From the IMG/VR virus record IMGVR_UViG_3300042691_029560, positions 28,714 to 92,713 of that record: a DNA stretch of 64,000 bases; one strand, given 5' to 3'. The notes beneath the pieces are model-generated. The model did no database searches. It worked only from the letters and a program-made list of their open reading frames with translations, and had not been told where the DNA came from. Source of the stretch: a virus. A program made the position numbers and the translations under genes. Positions 39,895-51,590 of this stretch are shown here, one piece after another (within the stretch, counting starts at the first letter, position 1; the number at the start of each line of letters is the position of its first letter).

Positions 39895-40663
39895 TTCCTT
39901 TCGGTAGCGATTTTGCTACAAGTCCAGATTACACTAACCAGCAGACAAATCGCAACATTGATTTTTTGTATTTTATTTCGGCGTGTTGTGAAACAGATCT
40001 CTAGGCCAGCTCACCTTATCGGTAATCTGTCCTAACGATAAAGATAAGGTTTAGAACTTCACGCAAGCGTTCCAAGTATTCTTGGGATTTTTCTGGTGAA
40101 GCAACTACTAGGTGGCAACCAGCAAGTTCTTGGATTTGCCTATTGTTTTCACATTCGGCATAAATCATTGCTAGGGTTGCTTGGGAGTATTCGTCTCTAC
40201 CCCCAGCCATTCTCATAACTTCTTCAAACGCAAAGTTTGTAATCGTATTAGCCATTTGATTTCCTTTCCGTAGGGGCTAACTAAATCCTATAACTAACCA
40301 CAGACATTTAGATAGGTTGCCCACAGTTAGAACATTCGGCGTGTTCTTCGCAATCGCAATCATGCGTGTAGAAGAACGGATCGTTCTCGGCGTTAGACAC
40401 TTTCCAAGTGTCTGGTCCAGACTTACCACAATAACCGCAGTAGTCATTTTCTTTATCTTCTGCCATTTGATTTCCTTTCGTATGGTCTATCTAAACCCTA
40501 CACCTAACCGCAGACATTTAGCAACATTCCCCGCGTGTTGATCATGATCATGTCACCGGCAGCTCCGGCCAGGTTGCAGCTATATCCGGCCGGCGTGTCT
40601 AAATACCTAGAATGTCGGGGGTCGGTGTTAGTATCTATCTACCACAAACTGAAAGGTTGCCAA

Positions 40664-40867
40664 ATGGCTCTCTCAACAAACAAAGATGTTATGGCTCTAA
40701 TCAAGAAAGCAGTAAAGCAAGGTTGGCGAATAGAAGCAACTAAATCTGGACACATAAGATGGACTTCACCAACTGGTGAGTTCTTTCATTCAGCAAGTTC
40801 GCCTAGTGATTTCCGTGCTATCAAATACATTCGCCAGTATCTCCGTAAGTATGGAATGAAAATCTAA
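40664..40867 (+). CDS. HicA-like (dsRBD-fold) protein
   Basis: KQGWRIEATKSGHIRWTSPTG..SSPSDFRA; start ATG 40664 after GAAAGG; own AATGTCGG-type promoter on +. Confidence 0.65.
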   Translation: MALSTNKDVMALIKKAVKQGWRIEATKSGHIRWTSPTGEFFHSASSPSDFRAIKYIRQYLRKYGMKI

Positions 40868-41398
40868 CGGCAGTTAGAGATCTCTCGAGCTAAAACTAAA
40901 CCCCCGTATCAACGGGGGTTTAGTGTTTAGTGCAAGGGATAACTAATCTCTATCGGAAACCCAAGCCCAGATTAGAGCAACCAGAGATAAACCAATAAAC
41001 ACCCAAGACACAACTTCCCAGCGGGCATACATAACTAAGTCATCCTGCATTTCATACTTGACCCAAGCAGTTAGATACAGGCTAGAAATTTTTTGAGTTA
41101 GGTAAGCGAATGCCATAATTGGAACAAGAACCAGAATACGAATAAAGAATTTTTTCACTTGATAACCTTTCCTAGTTGGTGGTGTTGCTACATAAATACT
41201 AACACTAAATTAGTGTATTTTATTCCCAAATAGCAAATAAATTTTTAGCGTGTTTTGGATCATCCGCGGAGCTTGATCAACACCAGGTGGCCCTGGATAA
41301 TTGCCGCAACGTTACATTGATCCGGAATAAAGAAATTCTCCGGCCGTATGCAAGCCGGAGAATTTTTTGAGTGTGGCCGACACTCGGCGGGTTCTAAT

Positions 41399-41620
41399 TT
41401 AGGCTAGCGGTGAAATTGTTGCCCATTGACTTTTAGTTTCACCAATAGCAACGAACTCGATAACTAGAACCGCATAACCAGCCTTAGTAATTTTACTTGC
41501 GAGAGAAACAACAATTCCAGAACGCTTGGTGTTTGGTGAAACAACAATTCCCCCGAGTTCTGGCATTTCGACAGAAACAAAGGAATCTCTTTTTTCGGTG
41601 AGTGGCAGTTGAGTTAGCAT
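41399..41620 (-). CDS. Hypothetical protein, paralog of 39016-39252
   Basis: See paralog; GGAAAGGA RBS. Confidence 0.7.
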   Translation of the reverse strand: MLTQLPLTEKRDSFVSVEMPELGGIVVSPNTKRSGIVVSLASKITKAGYAVLVIEFVAIGETKSQWATISPLA

Positions 41621-42859
41621 TTCAGTCCTTTCCTTGACTAACTAGATTCTATACAATACAACCGACAAACCGCAACATTTATTCCGCATTTCGCAAATAA
41701 ATTTTTGGCGTGTCTAGATCCTACGTTAGAGTTCACTTTCATCATCGCACGCGTTAGCGCAGTCATCGCAGATGTAGTTTTCAGTTTCAATATTGCAATC
41801 GATTACTTGACACTTTTCCATTTGGAAACTCCTTTCCCGAGTAGTCTCAGTTTACAGTAAGCCGCAGACATTTCGCAAATAAAGTTTTGGCGTGTCGCAG
41901 AGATCTCTCCAAAGCTTATAGGTGTTCGCAGTGGAATAAGATGGCGTTGAATTCTACAAGTTCATACCCGCGTGTTTCGAGAACTTCAACAGCAATTTGA
42001 ACGCCAACTTCGAACGCGTATCTTGTTTCCGCGTTAGTGTTTTCTAATTTAGTTTCGACATTATTACCGCGAGCGTCTAAACCCTTGACCATGTGAAATA
42101 AAGCGTGGTCGCTAAGTTTAGAAATTTGAGCAGTGTAAGCTTTTCTAATTTCAACTTCGATAATTTTTTTGTGAGCTTTTGTAAGTGCCATTAGTTTTTA
42201 TTCCTTTCCCGAACAACTACATCTTACTAAATAGAACCGACAAACCGCAACATTTATTCCCGCGTTTATAAATTATTTTTGGATCATGAGCTCAGTCGAT
42301 GCGGCAAGATCTTGGAGGGGCCACCGGGTAATTTTGATCACCCGGTGGCGTCTCTGGCGAAGCTTCAGATTTTATTTACCGCGTAAGGCTTTACGTAATT
42401 CGATTAATTCTTCTATCACTGAATAGCAAGGCAAACATAGAATTAGTCTTTTACCTTTTTGGATTTCGATGTCAACGGTGCCTTGATTAGTTTCGCAGTT
42501 TTGGCATTTCATAGGGGATTTCCATTCTGGTCAGTTGTTAGTAGCAGTTCGATTAGTCTATCGAGTAATCTATCTAAACCATTGGTCAAGATTAGAATGT
42601 CCCGAATAGTTCCAACTTCATTAGCGTTCTCTAAGGCGATAAAGGTCATTGGAATAATTTCGAGCAGTTCAGTTTCAGTTAGAGTTTCGAATGAACGATT
42701 AGACATTTAGATTTCCTTTCCTAGTCCATAAGAATTATAACTGAACCCTACGACAAATTATTCCCGATTGGCAAATAATTTTTTACGGCGTGTTTGGATC
42801 AGATTTAGAAGCTTCGCCGCATTCCGGCCGGAATCCGGAGCTCAGCGTTAGAGAGATCT

Positions 42860-43312
42860 CTAACGCCACTTCTTTTTGATTTTGGTGGATAACCTAGACA
42901 TGTCCAGAATAACTTTTTCTGGAACAGGGTTTTCTCTTTCCGCATTTCTTAGCAAACATTCCGCAATCGAAACTTCAAGAAAAGAATTGTTGATTTCAAA
43001 ATCAACATTGAGAGTTTTAGATAATCTCTCTAATCGCCTAACTTCACTAGTTGCTAAGTTAGTGTTGTCCATGATTACCAACTGATAACCATTCTTGAAC
43101 GCTACCCTAATAAGATTAGTCCGCAACTTTCTTAGTAGTTGAGAACTATTTGAACCGCCACCAAAACTAGAACCAAACATAGAAGTAGCAAGTTCATCAT
43201 TATTGATCCGCAGGGCATAACCCGCAGGATAATCAGCAAGAAGTTTTTTAGCGTAAGTTGATTTTCCGCTAGCGGGTAGCCCTTGTAGAACCAGAAGTTT
43301 TTTAGAAGTCAT
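42860..43312 (-). CDS. Stand-alone P-loop kinase (polynucleotide kinase/AAA_33-like)
   Basis: LQGLPASGKST, IMDNTNL, ECLLRNAERENPVPE; TATAAT 6 nt before ATG (leaderless). Confidence 0.8.
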   Translation of the reverse strand: MTSKKLLVLQGLPASGKSTYAKKLLADYPAGYALRINNDELATSMFGSSFGGGSNSSQLLRKLRTNLIRVAFKNGYQLVIMDNTNLATSEVRRLERLSKTLNVDFEINNSFLEVSIAECLLRNAERENPVPEKVILDMSRLSTKIKKKWR

Positions 43313-43457
43313 ACAAAGATTATACACTTCCGCAAAATAAAATCAAACTATTTTCCGCGTGTTGATCACCGCGTGTAGCTGCATTGGATCCATGCTGCAA
43401 CACCGGGTAAGAATAAACCCCGGCACCTGGCCGGGGAATATTCGAAGCTTCGGCAAC

Positions 43458-43736
43458 TTACTTAGTAAGTTCCAACAAATCTTCGGGGATGTAATCTGGA
43501 ACGCCAGCCATAAATAGTCCAACCTTGATTACAAGTTCGGCAGGTGTAGTTTTCATACAGCCAGCAACTTCTACCAGCATTTCACTAGACGCTTCTTTTT
43601 TAGCGTTTTCTAGTTCCCAAAGATAAGTAAGCGATACACGCCCCGAACCATTGGAAGCCATTTTTCTCAAGGTGAGGTTATTGTCGTATCGGTATTCGGC
43701 AATAACTTTACCTAAGGCATCTCTAAACTTCATCAT
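43458..43736 (-). CDS. ClgR-like XRE transcription factor
   Basis: LTLRKMA..RVSLTYLWELENAKKEASSEML resembles actinobacterial ClgR [21 protein letters not shown]. Confidence 0.7.
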   Translation of the reverse strand: MMKFRDALGKVIAEYRYDNNLTLRKMASNGSGRVSLTYLWELENAKKEASSEMLVEVAGCMKTTPAELVIKVGLFMAGVPDYIPEDLLELTK

Positions 43737-43923
43737 CAAACTCTCTCCAACTATCTCCCGAGCCTTCAATAAGACTTAGGTTTGAACCATTATCCCACTC
43801 TACCATAATCGTTAGGTAGCCCCAAGGGTCAGTGTATTCTCCAACCTTAGTTCCAACGTCTCCACTTTTTAGAGATGTATAAGGGTCGCTAGTGTTTAGC
43901 AACAGGACTCTTTTATTTGCCAT
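43723..43923 (-). CDS. DUF4314-like protein
   Basis: DPYTSLKSGDVGT..VEWDNGSNLSLI. Confidence 0.7.
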   Translation of the reverse strand: MANKRVLLLNTSDPYTSLKSGDVGTKVGEYTDPWGYLTIMVEWDNGSNLSLIEGSGDSWREFDDEV

Positions 43924-44088
43924 TTTGATTTCCTTTCATTAGCAGTAGTTCTATAGTATCAATAACCGCAGACATTTCAAGTTTATTCCGGTGTGTTTTT
44001 GGATCGGTGTCGCAGAGATCTCTAGCACACCAGCTAAAGCGAAACCCCCGAGCCAAGCAGTAACTCGGGGGTACGCTTAGTTGCGGTG

Positions 44089-44559
44089 TTAGGCAAGCAC
44101 CGCAACCGCTCCACCAACCAAAGTGAGAACAATTGCGTAAGGTCCTAGCGTAATACTTCCACGCAGAGTTGCCCTAACACGCCTAACCGCAGTAGCCATA
44201 GTCAAGCCATACGCTAGAACTAATGCCAGAGCGATTACCGCAAGTGAATAGAGAACAGAGAAATAACCAAGAGCGAGCGTGATACCAACAAAGAGTTTCA
44301 CATCACCCATACCGAGCCACTCTAATCCATTTAGGTAAACACCTAGAAACAGAATAGCAACCGCAGTTCCAAGAGTGATTAGCAGACTAATCCACTGCCC
44401 ATCAACCAGAGATACAACAATGGTAGTAATGAAAGACAGAGCGATAAATGGCAGAACCATTTTGTTTGGTAAGCGGTGTTCCCTAACATCAACAATGATT
44501 AGGGGAATAGCGATTACCGCAAGATACGCAAGCGGTAGTAGAGCAACAATGTCCAACAT
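44089..44559 (-). CDS. Prepilin peptidase (A24 family)
   Basis: DVREHRLPN and GMGDVKL catalytic Asp motifs; multiple TM helices. Confidence 0.85.
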   Translation of the reverse strand: MLDIVALLPLAYLAVIAIPLIIVDVREHRLPNKMVLPFIALSFITTIVVSLVDGQWISLLITLGTAVAILFLGVYLNGLEWLGMGDVKLFVGITLALGYFSVLYSLAVIALALVLAYGLTMATAVRRVRATLRGSITLGPYAIVLTLVGGAVAVLA

Positions 44560-44690
44560 AAAGTTTCCTTTCACTAAGGGACACTAGCAGTTTATAGCAA
44601 CCTACTGACATTTCGCAAATCTATTTCCAGCGTGTTTGGATCAGTTTCCGCAGAGATCTCTGGCGAAGCTTCTGGCCAGACTAGGTTGCC

Positions 44691-45038
44691 CTAGTCCAAG
44701 TCCCCATCCTGAATAAAGATAATCTCTAACTTAGAGATGCGCTTGCCCCAGTTAGTGTCATAAACATAAGTAGCCATAACTGGATAATACCCATCACCTA
44801 ATCCACTTCTAACAACTACACCCGCACCAGCGTGTCCCATCGGAAAGTTTAGTTGCCCCGCACCCTCAACATCGAGAGTAGTTGCACACGCACCAGCCCA
44901 AGAATAATCCCCGATGCCAGTATCGCCCATCTCGTTATTTTGCCAATCATTCAGATAGCCAGGGTCAGTGATTAGAATTTGTCCGCTATCAACCGCACAA
45001 TAGCCAATCATTTTTGTTTCAGTTTTTGTAATCGCCAT
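44691..45038 (-). CDS. DUF4241-like protein
   Basis: AVDSGQILITDPGY, SGLGDGYYPV. Confidence 0.65.
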   Translation of the reverse strand: MAITKTETKMIGYCAVDSGQILITDPGYLNDWQNNEMGDTGIGDYSWAGACATTLDVEGAGQLNFPMGHAGAGVVVRSGLGDGYYPVMATYVYDTNWGKRISKLEIIFIQDGDLD

Positions 45039-45224
45039 TTTAGTTTTTCCTTTCGATAGGCGTATCAAAATTCTATAGCAACCCGCAGACATTTCGCAAA
45101 CATTTCACCGCGTCAACAGATCGATTATTTAGAAGCTTCAAGCACCGGCATGATCCATACACCGGACATAAAGCAAACACGCCCAACCTTTTCAGGTTAG
45201 GCGTGTAAGCGTTAGGCGATTAGA

Positions 45225-45743
45225 TTAGCAAATCTCAAAGCCACCAGAATTTAGCAGAAATTCGGCAAATTCTTTTAGGTCGTCAATTTCCAAATCGTAA
45301 TTGGTTTCCCAAGCCTCTTTTTTGCCCTCGCCATTACAGCCATTACACCAGCCAATAGTTCTGCCTAAGAGAATAGCAAGTTCGGCAGGGAGTTCTCGTT
45401 CAGGCATTTTGTTTTCAGTTCCAACTTCGTCAGCCCTGATTCCCGAACCATCACAGAATTCGCAGTCTAATCTCGGCAGACCAGCAAGGTAAGCGTTTCG
45501 TTGCGAGATGTAAAGTTCGGCAGTTCCATCAGCAATAGCAGAGAGAATAGCGTTTCCAAGTTCCACGCTAGCAGTTCCATCTAGTCCATCGCCATCGTTA
45601 GAGTGTCCATACTCAACAGCACCAGCGATTTCGTTATGAACATTTAGGCAGTAATCCCAGAGTGGTCGCCAACCCCAAACATTACGACGGAAATACGCTC
45701 CTACTTCATTAGTAGGATTCTTACCATAGACATCCATTCCCAT
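45225..45743 (-). CDS. Hypothetical protein with DnaJ-type CxxCxGxG motifs
   Basis: MGMDVYG..YFRRNVWGWRPLW; CEFCDGSG, CNGCNGEG. Confidence 0.7.
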   Translation of the reverse strand: MGMDVYGKNPTNEVGAYFRRNVWGWRPLWDYCLNVHNEIAGAVEYGHSNDGDGLDGTASVELGNAILSAIADGTAELYISQRNAYLAGLPRLDCEFCDGSGIRADEVGTENKMPERELPAELAILLGRTIGWCNGCNGEGKKEAWETNYDLEIDDLKEFAEFLLNSGGFEIC

Positions 45744-45975
45744 TTTTAGTTTTCCTTTCACTAGGGAATTTATTACTAGGTCAGTTTATAGCAACGCCCC
45801 GACATTTAGCAAATTATTAGCAAACTTTTTTTCGGCGTGTTTTGGATCATAATCAACGCCCCGGAGCTTATCGGCAGAGATCTCCCCGGCCTAAATATGA
45901 TCCGCGCATCTCCGGCCGGAAATAGATAAAGGCCGGCACCAACCGGCACCGGCCAAATCTTGAAATCTCGGCAAA

Positions 45976-48709
45976 CTATTCTTCTAGGTTTCCAAGTTCC
46001 CACTTATCGCAAAGGTCGCAACCAAACTCACCATTAGAGTTAGGTTGTAAATCGTGGTCGTTATTCTTGAACCACTCGGCAAACTTAGAGCGCTCACTAT
46101 CAGTCGTGTATTCAATACTCGCCCAAAAGTGTTCATCAATCTCGTCTTCGTCAATCACAACTAAGTTAGTGTGGTCGCCCCAGTTTCCGTCTTCGGCAAA
46201 ATAAAAGTTCGGCATTACTTCTCACCCCCACTCACCCAAGTATCAATCTCGCTAAACTCTACGCACTTACAAAGTTCATCACCTTCGGCTTCGGCTTCTT
46301 CACCAAAAGGCGGAAATCCGCAAGAGCAATCTTTACCCGAGATGTAGTCGTGATACTTCTGTTCGGCTTCTTCGGGTGTATCGGCAACAACATCATACTT
46401 CTTGCCGATAAGTACTTGATAAATAGCCATTAGGTTTCCTTTCGTTAGGCTCATACAAAGTCTAGCGGTTTAGGTATCTCCACGCAACAACACGCCGCAA
46501 CTTATTCTTGGAGATTCACCGTTGATCATAATCGCGCAGAGATCTCTAGCTCGCCGTAATCTTTAGCTCGCCGGCCGGTAGATACGGCAAAGGGGACATC
46601 ACCTAAGTGACATCCCCACGCCGTTCAGTTCGGGTTAGCGATACTGCCAGAGTTCAAGTTCTTCTTCGGTTGCAAGCCTGAAGATAAACTTGCCAGTCCC
46701 CATCGGCTCATCGTGCGAGTATCTAACGGCAGACATCTCGCCGTCTTCGTAAGTGAAGCGTAAAGTAAAGTCGCCGTTTATCGCAAGTGCCTTGATGATT
46801 GCATCCGTGTTCGTCTTAGCGATAGCGAACCCACTACGGCGTTGCCAACCCACGCCAGAGCCACCAATGTAAAGCATGTCGTCTTCAGTCCAACCTTTAG
46901 ACTTGATGAACGGCTGAACAATGTCGTAGTCCAAATTGGACTTGTCGTCTTCATAGCAACCCATACACCAATCGGCAGGGACAGGGTCGCCGTCTTCGTC
47001 TAAGACTTCACTCTCGGTTTCTTCATCCCACTTGGTGCAACGGCAGTAATCAACTAACTCGTATTCAATCTTGACCATAATCTTTTCCTTTCGCTTGGTC
47101 GTGTATCCAGTATAGCGGTTTATAGTTTCAATGCAACTTTATCGGCGTGTTCAGATCGATCCGTTTAGCTCGCCGTATCGTCATCGGCATTAGTGATAAT
47201 CTCGGCCAGCTTCACCATTACGGACTCAACCCATTCAGGGTCATCGGCGCGCTTCCACGCGTCATAGACTAGCCCGAAAACAAAGTCTTTTTCATCGGCA
47301 GACAGATTACTCATCTTCGGTTTCTCCAACTTGGTCGGCATAGCCATACTCAATTAGGTTTTCGTCTAACTTTCTTAGTAAAGCCAACGCCATCTTTTTT
47401 CTCTCGTCAGCGTTTTCGTGATTATCGGCAAAGGCGTAAGTTTGAGAAATAATACTCCACAGATAATCGTGTTCCTGTTTGGTTAGTTCCATAATTTTCC
47501 TTTCGGGTCGTAAGTCCATTATACAGATTTATCAACTCGCCGCAACTCTATCCGCGTGTCGCGTGGATCGGAGCTGGCCGGAATTAGTCTTCTAACTTGG
47601 CCTGGCACTTGGAGCAATAGACTTCATCGTCTTCCCAATAACCAGGCCGGCCACAGTGCCACCAAGAGATGTCTTGGTCGTCTTTCAACTCCCAGTTACT
47701 CATCAAGAGATTCCACCGTGTAGTCCCAACGCCTAAGCGTTAGGTCAAGTCCCTCGTTATCAAAGATTCTGGAAACAGCAAGCATCGCGATATGGTAGTC
47801 GTCTGCTTCAATCTCGCCATCATAATCAACGGTAGTAATAAAACTAGTCTGGTCGGTTGTTAGGGTTACGGTATAACTTGCCATGTGATTCTTCCTTTCG
47901 TTAGGCATGTATCTATTGTATCGGTTATCGGTTATTAGTCAAGCATAGGTCGTAGTTTCGCAACGGATCTTTCGTACTCAGCTTCTGTCTCAGCTCGCCA
48001 CTCCCCGAGCTCGTCACTCCAAACTAATCCGTCATGAAATCTAGCTACCGCGGTATCGTCATCGATCTCCACCTCGCCGGTTTCAAGATCCACAGCAACA
48101 ACAAAATAAAGCTTCTCACTCATCAAACACTCTCCGTTTCATGTAGGTCGCACCAGCAACCTTCGTCATCATCAGGGTATCCAGCATGCTCGCCAACCGG
48201 TAAGCATGTTTGGTGATAAAAATTTCCTTCTTTATCTCGCACGTCGCAGTCTAAATAAATCTGCTTGTCGCACTCGTCGCACGCAAATCCCGAACACTCG
48301 GCGCAACCCCAACCGTCTTCAACCGGCAACCGGTTCACAAATCTACCGGAGCCAAACGCAGTACTCTCGCCACAATAGTAGCAAGGGTCAATAACTTTCT
48401 TCTTTCCCATTACGCACCACGCTTTCCTGCTGGATGTCTAACCATACTAATCTGTAAATCAAACTCTTTCTCGCCAACTCTCTCGTAATACTTGTAGAGA
48501 AAACCAGCGAGAACTACACGGTAAAACTCGCCACGCTTAGACTTCGGGAATAACTTGTAAAACGCTAAGGCGAACACTAACCGTTTAGGCACGCCAACTT
48601 CGCCAAGCAAAAACTTTCTTGACTTCTTATTTAGTTTCAACATAACTAGTCCTTTCACTAGTGAATACCGTATCACTCTACCAAATACCCATGACATTTG
48701 TAAGAACAC
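45976..48709 (-). CDS. Cluster of small, mostly acidic or Cys-rich hypothetical ORFs
   Basis: ORFs in track with GAAAGG RBSs and cassette promoters. Confidence 0.6.
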
Positions 48710-48786
48710 GCCGACAAAAGATCTGCCCGCGTAATCTTAGCTGGCCGGATCGTGCCGGCAGATTTCTCCACCGGCACTCGCCGAAA

Positions 48787-49293
48787 TCACCAACTACTCT
48801 GGTAATAAAAATCCCAACCATGAAGCCCACTTGTTTCAAACTTCGGGTTGTTCAAAATCCGTTCCAAGATAGCGATAGTGTCGTCAATCTGCTCGTAATA
48901 CCACTCGTCATACTCGGTAGAGCCAAAGAAAAATCCACTTTCACTCGGCAACAAATCACCTGCTAGTGATTTATCAACGCTGATTTGCTGGCACAAAGTT
49001 AGTAGTTCAACTAACTTCTCTCTTTCAAAAAAGTATTTACCGCAGTCATCAACTCCCTCTTGGACATTATCAACAAACCACTTATGGATTTGATTTGCTT
49101 TACGCCAATAACCAACTTTGGCGTGTAGTTCCACGCTTGGAAAATCTTGGCAGACTTCTTCCAAACCTAAACCAACAGCACCAATAATCTCGGTAAAGGC
49201 TGGCACAGGCGTTCTTACAACCTGCTCGTTCTCTCTTGAATAATCCACGCCTGAAACATACTTTCTGGCGTATAAATACATGTCTAGTCCCAT
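48787..49293 (-). CDS. Conserved phage protein (MGLDMYL family)
   Basis: YWRKANQIHKWF, GFFFGSTEYDEWY, FYYQSSW. Confidence 0.75.
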   Translation of the reverse strand: MGLDMYLYARKYVSGVDYSRENEQVVRTPVPAFTEIIGAVGLGLEEVCQDFPSVELHAKVGYWRKANQIHKWFVDNVQEGVDDCGKYFFEREKLVELLTLCQQISVDKSLAGDLLPSESGFFFGSTEYDEWYYEQIDDTIAILERILNNPKFETSGLHGWDFYYQSSW

Positions 49294-49524
49294 TTGGATT
49301 TCCTTTCGTTAGGGATAGTAAAAGTATAATGGTCGGCACAGACATTTCACAACATTTCACAAAAAAAGTTTCGCGTGTTTGGATCATGTTTCGCAGCTAC
49401 GGTTAGCCTGGTCGAAGCTCCGGTGAGCTCCGGTCCGGCTCGCCAAGATCTCGGGATAGACAAATCCCCCTACAGGAAAGGAAGAAGTGTAGGGGGATTC
49501 TCGTCATTCGGTTAGACCGAAAGT

Positions 49525-50196
49525 TTATTCATCGGTCGGTTTAGCAAACTTCTCAAAGTCGGCACGCATCTCACTCTCACCGATAACTCGGTTAGGGTCG
49601 TTGGTGTCTCTCGGGCAGTCTTCATACCACTCTTCTTCATCGTCAAAGTGGCTACACACACAACCATCTACATCGTCTTTCGCAACATAGTCAGCGTGAG
49701 AGTTCGGGATGTCCCAAGAATGAGTTTCTTCTACCTCGCCGTTCTCGCCGACATAAGTAGAACCCCACCCCTGTTCTTCTTCGCACCAGAACTCAAAGCG
49801 TAGTTCGGGGTGTTGCTCAACCATCGCACTCATTACAGGCTCGGGGATACTCCACGCCGTATTGTAAGAGATACTAATACTTCCAGTTGTGATGTCTTCC
49901 TTGCCGATGTAGGCATCACACGCATCCCACTTAGTTCCCCAGTTGGCAACATTCCAGTTATACCAGTTCCCACTAGTATCCCCCATTGACTTTCCATCAG
50001 CGTATCCGTGAATACCAAAGTATTCACCACTATCTACGATGTCTTGACTTGGTGATACAAAGTTCCAGAAAGAGAAGTATTCATCACTCATCTTGCCGTC
50101 TTCTTGTGGTCGTGGTTGTGTTGATTTCTTGATAAAGGTTTCAAGGTCTTCTACCTTGCCTGTAATCTTTACAGATGAATAAACCCAGTTTGGCAT
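49525..50196 (-). CDS. DUF1281/YubB ferredoxin-like domain protein
   Basis: MPNW, WYNWNVANWGTKWDA, YNTAWSIP. Confidence 0.7.
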   Translation of the reverse strand: MPNWVYSSVKITGKVEDLETFIKKSTQPRPQEDGKMSDEYFSFWNFVSPSQDIVDSGEYFGIHGYADGKSMGDTSGNWYNWNVANWGTKWDACDAYIGKEDITTGSISISYNTAWSIPEPVMSAMVEQHPELRFEFWCEEEQGWGSTYVGENGEVEETHSWDIPNSHADYVAKDDVDGCVCSHFDDEEEWYEDCPRDTNDPNRVIGESEMRADFEKFAKPTDE

Positions 50197-51590
50197 TTGA
50201 TTTCCTTTCGTTAGCCGTAGTAAGAGTTTAGCGAAGTTATTATCTCAACGCAAGTTTATCGAGCTAAATTTTTACTCGCCGTCGTCGTCTTGATCAGATA
50301 GACAAGTGCAATCAGCCGGGTATCGCTCTAAACAGATCTCGCACTGAGTTCCGCAGGCCACACATAAGCAGTTCAGCTCCATCACCGGCTCCTATTCTTC
50401 TAACTTCCCACCGAGCATCGAGTAAACAATTGAATACGCATCCATCGCGCCTTCAAGATAACTAGCAGTATCATCATCGCCTTCTTCAAGAGCAGTAAGC
50501 GATAGTTCTTCCATCTCGTCAATCCGGATTTCACAGAACTCTTTTAGTTCTTCGGGTGTAGCAGGGAGCATTACGCCCCCTGCCCGAACTCGTCAGGTCT
50601 TCCAATGAAGTTCCAAGTGATAGTGTCGTCATCTTCTTCCACCTTTTCCCACATTTCAGCAATGTTGTCGTCAATGGCGATTTGGACAAACTTGGCGAGT
50701 TCCACGCCATCAGGGTTGCCAATTTTCTTGCTAATCTCAACGCAGAGTTCAGCGAGCATAGCCATTGGTGGAGTTGATAACTTCTTGCCAGCGTGGTCGC
50801 TTAGCACAAACAGAACACTAGCAACTAGGGTAGCAAGAACTTCTGCCCCATCATCAGTATTCCTGACCAACTCAATAGGGTTGGTGAATTCATCGTTCTC
50901 GTGGTCGTGGTTCGGGTTATCGCACATAGGGTTTCCTTTCGTAGAGTGCTTACATAGCGATTATGCCACAGCCCTACGACATTTCGCAACACATTTCACG
51001 AAATTCCCATAAATAAATTTATCGTTATAAATTCTGATCCACCGGAGTTTATCGAAGCTAATACTGTTTCCGGAAAGTTTCGATCTCCGGAAAGCCGCCT
51101 AGACATCTGACGAGTCCGTCAGAAGTTCTTACCACCCCCCGAACCTACCGGTTTCATGATTGTTCCTGGATCTCCGGAAAGCTCAGCTCAGCTTGATCCA
51201 GGATCACCCGTTCCTGGTGGCATATCTTTTAACAAGCTAGCGGTTAGCTTCGTCAGATGTTACCCCCTCACCGATACACTGCAGCTTTCTACGGTTGCAG
51301 CTACAGCACTCCGTTAGAAGTTACCTTCCCTTTCAGATCTCCGGTCCCCAGGTAACAGGCACTGACCCGTTAGCTCGTTAGCTTCTCACCAACGTCAGCG
51401 GTTAAAGATCTCTACATCTAACCTAACCCTGACCCTGACCTAGGGCACGCGGTTATTTGATCCACGCTTAGGGCTCGCCGCTTTTTGTTTTCGAAGCTTA
51501 GGCTCGCCGATAAAAAATTTCCCCACCGGGCACTTCATAAACGAAAGGAAAGGAAGTGATAGTGCCCGGTAGGGAAACTTGGCGGTTAGT

